Source: Lama glama
Taxonomy: Eukaryota
DNA length: 64,000 nt
NCBI GenBank assembly: GCA_028534125.1
Contig: CM052818.1
Span: forward strand, 41,480,001-41,544,000
Direction: 5' to 3'
The notes beneath the pieces were generated by a model. The model was not told where the DNA came from, did no database searches, and worked only from the letters and a program-made list of their open reading frames with translations. A program made the position numbers and the translations under genes. This document shows positions 39,701 to 52,300 of the stretch, in pieces; positions within the stretch are counted from its first letter, which is position 1, and each line of letters starts with the position of its first letter.

Positions 39701-42700
39701 GACTGTAGACCCCGCAGGACCATAACAGGGAGGAGACAGTGCTCTTATTAGCTTCCCTCCCTTTACTAAGAATTAGTATGAGGCCCAGAGAGATTAATTG
39801 GCTTGCCTTGAGGTCTCATATTCAGTAAGTGATAAAACTGGTCATAGAACCTGCGTCTCCAAAACTGCATCCTTGGAGTCCCCCTTTCCCCCGTGACATC
39901 ACAGGGGTCCCACTGCCCGTGAGTGAAATAAACGAGGCTCGAAGTATCTCGGCACTCCCTGCTCTTTGCCATTCCTCGTCTGATTGTTCCACTGGGAAAG
40001 GGGTCTGGCATAGGAGGACTAATGTTCCTGTACAAATAAATATGTCAGCCCAGTCACACTTACACTTTCCAATGGGCCTTTGCAATTTTATGTTGTTTCT
40101 GTAGGCAGAGAGTATTCTGTTATAAATCATTATCACTTTACATCCCCAATTGTTAATAGTAGATAGTTATTTATGTTTCTCAGTTTATCCTGAAGGGGAG
40201 AGGGTAGAGAAGTGAGGAAGTGGGTGGGGGAAAAAGAAAGCTATGGGTTTAATTTATGGCTTTGGCGAGTCCTTCCTGCTGGAGCTTTTCTCCAGTGTTT
40301 GTACGGCGGCCAGTGGGATGCGGAGACAGGGATATTGATGAAATGCCAGGGCTTCCTTCAAAGCCAAAGACATCTCCAAATAAATTGTGTCTTCTACTCA
40401 CATTATCTTCAGTTAATTTGTTTGATTCTCTGTCGGCTTTTCCACATGGTCCTGAATAGGTTGTTATGGGAAGGTAGGTGTGTTCCTGGTGCTTGTGAAG
40501 ACGGAGTGTGTCCTTGGCTGATTTACAGAGATAAGGATGCTTTGATTTGACAGCCCTGGGGTCTGTTCATCAGAGATGTTCCTTCCTAACAAACAAAGCC
40601 CGCGGCCACCTTCCTCCCCATCCCCGCAGTGGAATGCCAAGCATTCTGCTTTCAGTAAATATCCTAGTCCTCCACCGGGAAACCTCCACCTGACCTCGGT
40701 GCTCCAAAATGCTGACAGTTCGTATCCACCGTCACCAGCAAATTGAGCCAAAGGAGGATAAACAGACCCCCTGTAAACCAAATGAATACTGTTTAACTCT
40801 CTTAATTGATAAGATGGTATTTTTCCATTAAAAATTCTAAGCACTTGGAATTCAGCAAGTTCTTGACAATAAATATATGTGCTCAAGGTCACGGTGCACA
40901 TGATACATTTTCATACTTTCCACAATAGCAAGTCCAGAATAGGGGTTTAAATCATCACCCGGGGAAAGGCCTGGATAGGCTTGCTCAGGCCTCTGGGAAG
41001 TGTTGGTTTCTGAAATTGCCTGTGTAAATCACAGGGGGGCTTAACATTGTGAGACAGGAGCAGCCCACCTTTCTGTAACCACTCTCCTCAATTTCGATGA
41101 AATAACTGGTGATGATTAGAAATTTAGAATGTGAATCTTAGAAGAAACCTCACCAATGAATTCACGGGCTGCAACTGGAAATAAAGACCCATCTCCATCA
41201 TTAATATTATCAGCGTGCCTTTCTGTGTGTGTGTGTGTGTGTGTGTGTACCTTTGACGAAATGTCTTTGTGTTAAAAATAGGAAAATAAAACCCGTAATT
41301 CAGAGTTCGTGTCCTCTCAGCAAATGCTCCAGGAGGGTGCCGATAGGTTAACTATAGTCACCTTCTCAATCACTAATTCTTCAAGGTCTTTTTGCAAGAT
41401 GTCTCTTCTTGACATCTGAAGACACAGTACATTTCAAGCCTTGGTGGCCAGCTGAGTCTGAATTTGGAGAACGCCAAAAGTGTAGACCCCAAAGTCTCTC
41501 AAGGGACTGTTCCCAGAAAGCAAAATCATAACAGCCTTAGAATTGGGACAGCAAACATCAAATGCAGTTTCTCACTCATCAAGTATTCTAGCAGCGTGCT
41601 AACCACACCGAGGGGACACGGAGGGCGTAGATAAATGATGGACAATTTAAAAACACAAGCGCTAATGGAAGTGCGAATAGCCAATCTGGCTGCAGGTAGA
41701 CGTGTGTTATCTTCATGGTAACGGTGAGACATGTAACTGTATAAAAGCCATTCGGGGAGAAGAGACAGGGGAGCGGACCTAGAAGTAATAGGATCTTCCA
41801 ACACCCACGGTCTCCGCCACCTGGTCAGTTTCCTCGTTTATTGAGTCGTGACTCGTAAGTGTCTCCGATTGGTAAGGGATACGGGACCCCTGAGGACAAG
41901 AACACAGACCCTGTCTGCAGAGATCTCAGAATTCAAAGACAAGCAGAAAAACCACCACAGAACAACATGAGAAGTATATTTAAAATATTTGTTTCAACTG
42001 TGCAGCACATTTTTCTACTGGCATCTACTACGTGCCAGCCTAGGTCCTAGAGATTTAATGGCACATGAAACAGATGAGTCAATGGACCAGATTCTCATTA
42101 ATTAGCCCTAACTGTCTGATGATTTAGCTGGGGGATCAAAGTGGGATGAATCATGAACTTAGGGATATGAGCCAATACCAGCGTCCCTTGGGGTTACACA
42201 GTCCTTTTCCCATTTGAAAAAAGGCACAGACAGGCCAGAGATTCTGTTGGTTGCCACGCTCCACCTTGGAAGTTGATGCTGCTCATGTGTTGAGTCCTCT
42301 GGGAGTCTGACACTGCCTGGCCCAGAAGGCAGGGCCTGTGCTGCCGGCACCAGGGCGTAATTATTAGCTGGAAGGAAAGATGACTTCAGTTCCATGACAG
42401 AGGAAGGAGGAAAACACAAGGGTGGGCAATAAGCCTAACAAATTATGGAAGAAAATGAGCCAACACATTTCTAAGTCCGAATGAAAGAAGGAAAGCTGGC
42501 TTGGATTTCTCCCACCGCCCCCCAACCCCGCCCCTGCCAAATGGGGCCACATGAGAAACATTTCCAGTAGGACACTAGGATATCTGCCAAAAGAAACGTT
42601 TTCCCAGGGACGGAGGGTGGGACTGAGGGTCCTGGGTCGCAGATCACGCTGGCTGGCAGGAGAGAGTTACTGCAGGACAGAAGGGACTCGTGCTGCCACC

Positions 42701-45700
42701 TCTGAGAGAGAAGTGATCTCACCCTCCGCGTTACTCATCCAGCCCTTTGTGGTCACACGGACGTCGGGGTGGATTTACATTCAGGAGTGTCACTTTGCCC
42801 AGGATGGGGAGAGAAACTTGCCTGTCTGTGGCCAGCACCACCTTTAGGCCACCCCACCGGAAACTGTCTTACATTTGACGCACTTAAGAAAGGCCTCTAT
42901 TTTCAAAGATTGAGTTTGAATTCTTTTTCCTTTTGTGTTTAAGTAATCGTCAAAATAATCTTTTGTGTGTTTTTTTTTCAGCACGCTTCTTCTAGACCGC
43001 TTAGCTTTTTTTTTTTTTAACATTTTTTATTGATTTATAATCATTTTACAATGTTGTATCAAATTCCAGAGTAGAGCACAATTTTTCAGTTATACATGAA
43101 CATACATATATTCATTGTCACATTTTTTCTCCGTGAGCTACCACAAGATCTTGTATATATTTCCCTGTGCTGCACAGTATAATCTTGTTTATCTGTTCTA
43201 CAATTTTGAAATCCCAGTCTAGGACCTCCTAGCTTTAATTCTGTTTGGTGGAAAACTTACCCAACTGATGACTTGCTAAGCTGGAGCCTCGAGACAGCCA
43301 AGACGAGGAGGCTTGTTTTCTGATCTCCAAGTGCCTTCTTTGCATACCGCTCTGTAATTACACTCAAATGGACTTATCCCTCAGAATCTCGGTCACACAA
43401 TCTGTTTTTCTCTTCCTTCTCCTCAAATATGTCTCTCTCTAGGAAACTGTCCTCATGTTCAGTCTGAGAGTTTTTGATACATTTGTCCAAAGCGGAAAGG
43501 ATTTGAGTCAAGAGTGTTTGATTTTTTTAATTTGCTTTCTAGGACCTTTGCATGTTTGTCACAAGGCCTCTTGCCTGACTTTCTTCTTCCTTGGAAGTTG
43601 CCAGTGTTACCCTAAAATTCTGTTCCATGGAAATCCTTTCCTCAGTTGCAGGCTTCCTGGCGTGTGGGTTTTAGGTGTATGTGTAAGACGCCATCTTGCT
43701 TTGAGAAAAGTCAGGGACAGCGGGAAAAGATGACATATAAAGTATATTGTGACTCACATTGTACCTGAGAAAACTTACCAAGTTTGGGGGAAACAGGGGC
43801 AGGGTAGCAGAGGATAAAGGAGGAACACTTTTTTCTTTTTCTCCTTCTGCTTCTCAGGCTAGATCTCTGTTCTCACCTGGCGGGTCTCTTTCCTCGTCCA
43901 GGCCCAGCCGTGCTCTCCCCAGCTGCCTGGCCTTCCCCACGCTCCTCCTGGCTGCGCTCCCTTCCGCCCTCCCGCCGGCCAGCTCTCAAGTCCCAGCCCT
44001 GACATAAAGCAGTTTCCACTTCTCCGAGACCACACTCATCTTTCCCTTCTCCCACCCCGGTGCACATGTACATTAGTCCCTCCTCAGCCACTCGTTGAAA
44101 TCCATCTCATTCCCAAAAGAAACAGTCTGCAGAGTTTCTGAATAATCTCTGAGGGCCTATGATTTCTTTTCTTCTAAAGAGAATGAGCACACACTGATGA
44201 ATTTTACCCTTCATTTCCCAAGCACCTCTACCAATTTCTTAGGTCTTAGTGGGACCTGGAAAGTGAAACGGTCTGAAAATCTCCAGGGGCATCACTTCTC
44301 AAGGGTCTGGCCTTGCATTAGGGTAGGTCCAGCAGATGGCGGCTGAAGCAGGAGCACCTGCAACCAGCCCGACCCCTGCTCTGATATTCAGCCTTTCTGA
44401 AGACCCAGTCGGCATGGCCGATGTCTCGCTTAGATGGCACCTGTTTGGTGAATGCTGTATTGTCCAGTCCCCACCAAGATGAGTCAAAACTGGGGTTTGA
44501 TCTGGGGAGTGTTACACCAGGTGTAACTCCATCCTGCCGCTTGGTAATGAGGTCTGCTGAGAGAATTCAGCGCCTTAGGACTTGGGTTTTTGAAAACAGA
44601 TTTTTAAGAGATGGCATCTCTCGCCTTTCTCTAGTGCCTTTGTTTTAGATGGAGATTAATTTTCTTACTACAGGCAGGAAACCTATTTATTTGATAGGTA
44701 TTGTGAGATAAACAAAACCCAATCTTTACCACCTTTCAACTTGCACCCACCAGCGCCCACAAAATACTCCTGCAGACAAGAACACACATTGGCTCCAGAT
44801 ACAGAATCAAGTAGAATGTGCTGAGGAGCAATGGGGATGTCTCTGTGGCTGTTAGAATGTTCTTCATTATTTAAGCTTGAATGTGTTACTTATTTTTTGT
44901 AGATAGCATTTATGGTTCAGACCAAGGATGCACAGTACAGATGTCCTTAAAATGAACTCCTTGTACTTCTTGAGCTCTCGTTCAAAGAGAAATCCCAAAG
45001 CTTTCTACATAATCATTGTGTTCTAGAAACAGACATCTCTGCCGTGGCTCTGAAGGATTACCTGATATTTTAAGCCTTTTTAATATGGAAATAGAAGGGG
45101 GGCTATCTTTTCATCTGTACTCAGATTCACAGATTTTCAATTGTAACAGAAATATTCAATAGTTTCTCTTAAAAGCGGACCCCAAAAGATAATGTTCTCT
45201 CTTTCCATCACCCAGGGTACCACTTGGCATGTTGTAGATGTACAAAAAAAGTGTCCTGCACAAATAAATAAAAGAGTGCCACCAGTGATTCCAACACGCT
45301 GTGCTGGAAGTGTGTGAAATATTGATGACCACTTAGAACTGAGTAATGGGCAGAAGTTATGTCAGTTTTCCCTTCTTTTGCGCCTTATTACATTAAAGGG
45401 TAAATACCAAACCTGTAGGAGTAAAGTAGAATTCTCCAGCAGGTTGAGCTGGGCGCTTCACTTCTTCCCAGGCTGTTGATAAACACGAGCCCTCTGTGTC
45501 TTTTGGTTTCCCATCTGTTTAGATGCCCAGCCCACAGAAGGAGAGCGGGAAATATGGAACCAGATCAGCGCTGTCCTCCAGGATTCCGAGAGCATCCTCG
45601 CAGACCTGCAGGCTTACAAGGGAGCGGGACCAGAGATCCGAGACGTATGCCAATAATAAAACTGAGCTGATAACACCCCTGGTGGAGAAGGGAAGCCCAC

Positions 45701-46275
45701 GCATGTACACACACAGCAAAATCAAGTGGTAGCCTTAGTATTTCCTAGCGTACGAGGAAGAACAAGGAGGGTAATGTGTCCTTAAAAGATGTATGAATGG
45801 TCCCTTTTATTCTACTGCATCAGTCTGAGCACACAGTGCTGTAAACTGTGTAAAGTGTTAGCCATTCTCTTCTCTGACATAAATTCGATGTTGCAGGACT
45901 CACATTTAAACCATAATTTGTCCATATGTTACATTTCATATAAGGGAAATATACATATAAAAATCTCTGAACAACAGTTGAAATACAAGTCCTGAGGTCT
46001 GGGCTTACATGGACTTTTCAATATTTTATAATAATTTGGGCAGGTTCCACCAGTATCACCAACAAGAGCCTTAACCGACCTCACTTTAAGTAGCCTGCAG
46101 GTCTGTCATCTTGAAATGACATATGAGATTAAAAAAAAATAAATGCACACACGCAAAAGCAACTAAAACAAAAAGAGAAAATTGTCGGTGTGGCTTTTGA
46201 GACTTCATGATGCCTTAAAGGCAAGAAACTTCACACTCGTTTTGTTTGAAATAATTAATTTTATGGACGTATCAG

Positions 46276-46318
<43 letters not shown>

Positions 46319-49300
46319 CCTCATGCCACGCCCACCATTCTCTGAGGAATAAAAAAAAATAAAACACCACTAGTATCATAATCTTCAAAGTGCTGAAACC
46401 CAGACAAAACAGCACTTCTAAGAAAGTTAACAGCCTATTAGAGGCTGGTTTTCTACTTAGGGGTCACCATTTAATTCAGGTAATTTAGGTCCTAGCACAG
46501 ACCGGCAGAATATCATGCACATTATAGAGAAAGGAAGAATCTGCACTTGATAATGAGCACGAGCTCTCCTGCAGAAGACTTAAATGGGGATGGAGGAAGA
46601 CTGAATTGCTTCCAATTAGACGTGCATTTTTATTTTGCATTGAAGATAAGAGAAACAAGTAAGATGACACGGTATCTAATCGCAGAGCCATTTGCATTAT
46701 GCTCAAGTGCTAAAATCACCGGTTTAATTGAGCATCTCGGAGGACACTCCGATGAACTGATGTCAATTTAAGAAGTGCACGTTGTCAGCGAACGTCGGGA
46801 AGTACATTTTTTTAGCTAGAATTCTCTCTCAATCTGAAGTCATTTTGATGTGGACCCTGTTCCTTATTAAAAACAGACAACTCTGTCATGTTTCTGCAGG
46901 CCATTCAAAATCCCAACGACATTCAGCTTCAAGAAAAAGCTTGGAATGCAGTGTGTCCTTTGGTCGTGAGACTAAAGAGATTTTATGAGTTTTCCATAAG
47001 GCTAGGTGAGTACGTTTTTATGGTTTTCATGTCCCATGTATGAAGCTCTCTTGTGGCTTTTGAGAAAGTAACAGGAAAAACTCAGCGTGTTGGAAACTGT
47101 CCCACATCCATCGCTGTGTGTTCTCAGAAGCCATTCGTGTACAGCACCCGCCACGACCATTTCTTTCAATCCACCTCAGAGTTTCTCCCTCGGCGTTTAT
47201 TGACACATTTAATGTCTCTGCCAAGGGACATCCCTGTGGTTTTGTTCTCAGCTAAGTCTGACTCTTAACAGTTCTCCTGTGTCTGATCACATTTCTGAAG
47301 GGCAGAAAAGTTGGAAAATGCAGGTTATCTGCTAACCCAAAAAGAACTTGATTGTCTCAAAGCATGCATAAAAATTGATAGAGTAAAATACAATAAAAAC
47401 CAAACATAACCTGTTCTTAAACTTAAAAAAAATCTATCAGTAGAGGATGGCTTTGCAGAAGCAAAACTAAAATCAAGTCTGACTGGCAGTGGGCTCAAGT
47501 GTGACCATCCGTATGATATAACCACTCCCCTGACAGCAAAGCCACGCGAGGTTCCCTTATCAATGTAATATACCTAGAATGAGGAAGGGGGTGGTCATGC
47601 TTTACTCAGCTTTTGCCACACCTGAATGCCACATTTGAAGAGTTAAACAGAAAAGCTGAAATACTTTGGCGGAATAATAGCCATGATCTTGAGAGAAGGT
47701 GGAGCTGAGACTCAGAGGGAGCAGTTGAATGAACTTGAACCAGTGTTTAAAGAAGAAAGGGCTTCTGAAGACTCTCAGGTTGAAGAAGCATCAACTTCTC
47801 TGTCTTCTCAAAGTGTGTGCCTAGACCCAAGGAACTGAAATCCTAAGGAAGCAATTTCCAGCTCAGCAGACAGAAAAAGATCCAGCGGTCAGAGCGGGCC
47901 AAGGTCAAACTAGCTGCTTCAGAAGACAGTGTGTTCCCATCGATAGAAGAGGCTAGTGATGCCCTTTATAAAGAAACTGTAAGAGAATTTAGGGACAATA
48001 GATCAGGTGCTGGCAAACTTTTCTGTGAAGAGCCAGATAATAAATATTTTAGGCTTACGGGCCTTCCTGTCTTTGTTGCAGCCGCTCAACTCTGTCATTA
48101 CAACACAAAAGTAGCCACAGTCCGTTCCTGAGGGAATGACAATAAAGCATAGCTCTGTTTTAATAAAACTTTATTTGCAAAAATTGGCTGTGGGCCAGAT
48201 TTGGCCCGTGGGCCCTGGTTTGCCTACGGCTGCTCTAGAGGACTGATGAAATGACCCGGAGCTGTTAGAAATATACTGGAGGAAAAACTGGAAGAAAGGT
48301 GTAGAAACAGACAAGTGGGAGTAATGAGAGTGTTTCCAGGACAGTAGTGGGGGTAGGTGTGGCGGGAGTTTGTAGAAAAGTACTCCTGGGCTTCCGTGAG
48401 GGTGTAGGGACAGAGCCGAGCTGGACGGGACGGGAAGGCTCTTCCTGCAAAGCGAGTCATTTAACCCGTGCGTTCAGGGCCGCCTCATCTCATCCCGGAT
48501 CATGACTGGCTCTCCACGTGATCCCAAAACACCGATTTGTGGTTTCCTGACCGCGTTAGGAATTGGGACTACAGGACGTGCGAGGCTCCAGCTGAGCTTT
48601 AGGAGATGTTTACAAAACTGTGTGGCCACAGAAGTCTTCGGCCTGCTTGGGCATGGTGGCGGGGCGGGGGTTCCCTTTCCTCCTCATCCGCACACATCAA
48701 CTGGCACCCGGTGCTGGGGAGATGTGGGAGAGGAAGGACTCTAGCAGGTTATCTCTCAGAATGTCCACGGAGGCCGCAAATGGTGTTTTTTTTGAAGGAT
48801 CTCTGTGGGCCACCTCAAATATGCATTTATCCCTTTGACTTGCAGAAAAAGCCCTTCAGAGTTTATTGGAATCTCTGACCTGCCCACCCTACACGCCAAC
48901 CCAGCACCTGGAGCGGGAGCAGGCCCTGGCCAAGGAGTTTGCAGAAATTCTGCATTTTACCCTACGGTTCGATGAGCTGAAGGTGAGGTCACGTGTGCTT
49001 TGACAGTTTTAACAGATGCGGACGGAGTGCCTCCTCTGTGTGCAGATGCTCTGCGGTGCCGTGGGGTGAGGGCGGGAGAGATGAGTGAGACGTGGCTCCT
49101 TCCTGAAGGAGATGTCTGATGTTGTGAGGATTTGCACTCCTTGTGGTCAAAGTGGTGCTTTGTACGTGGAAATTCAAAATCTGCCAGACGCAACAAGAGA
49201 AAACATTTCAAGCGTCTGTTCCTCTTTGGGAACAAGTGCACCCACCCGGAAATCTAGCCAAGGGTAAAAACAGGGCATGTTTTTAAATAATGAAGCTCTG

Positions 49301-52300
49301 GGTATTTGTTTTTAACCAGAAGTTGCTTTAACTCTTGTGTAACAAAGAGGAGTCCTGGTGTATGTGCAAAATCTAGTGTCTGGGTTCCGGATGCGTCTCC
49401 CCCGTCTGATGCTGAGAGATGACCTACTTTCCTCCCTTCTGAATTTCAGATGAGGAATCCGGCTATTCAGAATGACTTCAGCTACTACAGAAGGACCATA
49501 AGTCGCAATCGTATCAACAACATGCATGTGAGTCCCCGGACCTCCTTGGTCCTCACGCCCATCCTCTGTGTCTCTTGATTCCTGCATCAGAAGGGGCACA
49601 GGGAGGAGACAGACTCCTTGATGAATTCAGTTTCCAGAGGACACCATTTTGGGATCTTGACCATCTCTTTATCTTCTTGTCTTCTTTTCATCAGCTAGAC
49701 ATTGAGAATGAAGTTAATAATGAGATGGCCAATCGAATGTCCCTCTTCTATGCAGAAGCCACGCCGATGCTGAAAACCCTCAGCAACGCCACCATGCACT
49801 TTGTCTCCGAAGTAAGTTAAGCTGAACAATGGGGGGCCTTTTTCCTAACTGCGCGTGAAAGCTGCTCACAGGCCTAACACCTGTCTGTGTCTCCTGTTTA
49901 GAACAAAACCCTGCCAATAGAGAACACCACGGACTGCCTCAGTACCATGACGAGCGTTTGCAAAGTCATGCTGGAAACTCCGTAAGTGAAATCAGAGGGG
50001 CATTCACAATGGGGAGCTCCCCTGTCTCTGGGATGATGTGATGACGAGGCTAGCACTTGAGTCCACACATGAACATTTTCTTCTCTATTGACTGAATTCA
50101 TTTCATAAAGAACTCTGCGTGAGCCGTGTAGTTATCCCCATGTCAGAGCTGAAGAAGATGAGGCCCAGATCAGTGAACCGACTTCTTTCTGAAGATTGCA
50201 TAGCTTGTTAATGTGTTTTTTTTTTCAAATTGAAGTACAGTCAGTTACAATGTGTCAGTTTCTGGTGTACAGGACAGTGTCCCAGTCATGCATATTGAAT
50301 AGCTTGTTAGATGGCAGAGTCAAAACTCAGATCAAAGATGCAGCAGTTGTAAATAAGAATCAAGTGGAGGTTGGGGATGAGTGACTGGGTATTATTATAG
50401 ATATATTGGAGCAAAGATTTGAGAGAAGATTTAGAACCAAGAGTAGCAGTGGTAAGACTGTTGCAAGAATAACAATGAAGATCTCCCTCTCTCTTCTCTC
50501 TTTTGGGTGCAGCGATTTCTTTGTACATAAATTAGTTGCTAGATTTAAAAAATGGTTGAGGTTGTTGAGGATGAATTAGTATAGTGAGTCAGTATAGGGA
50601 GAAATCTGCATATGAAAGTCAGGGTTCCACTTGTTCCACGGATGTCTGCAGCCTGTTCTGTGCCCATAGACACGTGGTCTGACCTGCCTGGGCCTCGGTT
50701 TCCTCCTCTGATGAAGTTCCCATCACGCCATCTGTGATGCAGCATGTTTGGGAAGGCCAGAGGCATCAAAAGTGCCTCATAAAATGCCTCATAAAGTGCC
50801 TCAGTTCAAATATAAGATGAGATGGTGTTAATTTCAACTATTTCCCTTATATCAAAGTTAAGATTTACTCCGAAACAGAAATAGTAATCATCATTGTGGG
50901 GCCAATTCACAATGAAGTAGAGGTTAAGAAAGCCCCTAGAACTGGCCTGAATTATCAGAATCATTGGCAACCCTGTCAAGGTAAGTGAACAAAAGTTAGA
51001 CCCCGCAGATACCCGCAGCCCAATGAATTTTAGGTACCTTTGTCCACTAATTCCATCTGCAGCCTGGATCTTAACAAAGAAAGTTACCCTGACTGGAGAC
51101 CCAGGAGCTGCTCTATAGAAATGAGCTGGATTCTTTTTCTCCATAATGAAGCCATTACTCTCTATAATCTAAGACAGCCAGAGAGACCTGCTATAAAATA
51201 TTCAAGATTGATGGGCGGGGGAGTCACGTTCAGGATGAGCTGGCTCGCTGAAGGACAGAAGAGAAGAGAATTTACCGCCCTCTCATTTTCCCTGATTTCA
51301 CACTGGTTGGGACAGATTCAGGGGGAATTTAAGAGCATATTCACCTGGTTGTTGCAGGCCTGGGATGGTTCTCAGGAGAGGATCGGAGGAGTCTCAAGTA
51401 GCCAGTTGTGGAGTCAGAGAGGAGTGTGCTGCGCCACGGAAGTGACGCCGGCCGGTGCCGTCTCTCCTCTCTTGCAGGGAGTACAGGAGCAGGTTCACCA
51501 GCGAAGAGACGCTGATGTTCTGCATGCGGGTGATGGTGGGGGTCATCATCCTGTACGACCACGTCCACCCCGTGGGAGCTTTCTGCAAGACCTCCAAGAT
51601 CGATGTAAGAATAGCTGTGAAATGTGCTTTCCCAGCAAGAGCTCATGAATGTCGCCACATAAACCTTGCTCCTCTCTCTCTCTCTCTCTCCCCCCATCAC
51701 CCTCTGAGTGAGCTCTCTGAGACAAAAACCCCATCATGGCAGCTCTCCTCGTAGCAAGTCCAGGCTTTTTCATGTGCTTCTAACAAAACATCCCACCTCA
51801 CAAGCACAGCAGGAAGGTAGAGGAGCCGAGCAGGGGAACAGTCAGCCGCTGCCCGTGCAACTTACCCAGAGTGCTGCTGAAATCTATGGTTTTATATGTT
51901 GTATGTGTCTCGATGTGAAAAGCATCGAATAGAACAGCGTTCCAACTTCCTCTCCCATCGCCCCTGCAGGTTGCTCCACCCGATTCAAATGCCTTTTCTT
52001 GTCCTGGGGCTTGAGCCCTTTCCCCTGCCAGGAGTACCCTGCCTCTTCTCTGCTGGGTGGATTCCTTTAAGACACTCCCCAATGTTGCCTCTTCTCAGAG
52101 CACATCCCCTGTGCCCTGCATGGGTCAGAGTCTTCCTTCTGCTCTGGCCACAGTCACCTACCATTTTGGATTTTCTGACTCCCTCACAGACTCTGAGTTT
52201 CTTGACAAGGGCAGAGACCAGGATCTATACCCCAATGTCTGCTCCTTTGCCTGGCAGTGTCCGTAGCATGTAGAGCATGGCGCTCAGTAGATGCTCCCCA

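Noticed and set aside
49691..49698. Tandem acceptor cagCTAG at coding exon 6
   Set aside because: The second AG is 4 nt downstream, so using it would frameshift. Not a NAGNAG.
51040..51773. 202-aa + strand ORF and several antisense ORFs overlapping exon 8, as a possible overlapping gene
   Set aside because: Non-ATG or weak starts and no recognisable domain. Stop-codon depletion is explained by the exon's high GC3.
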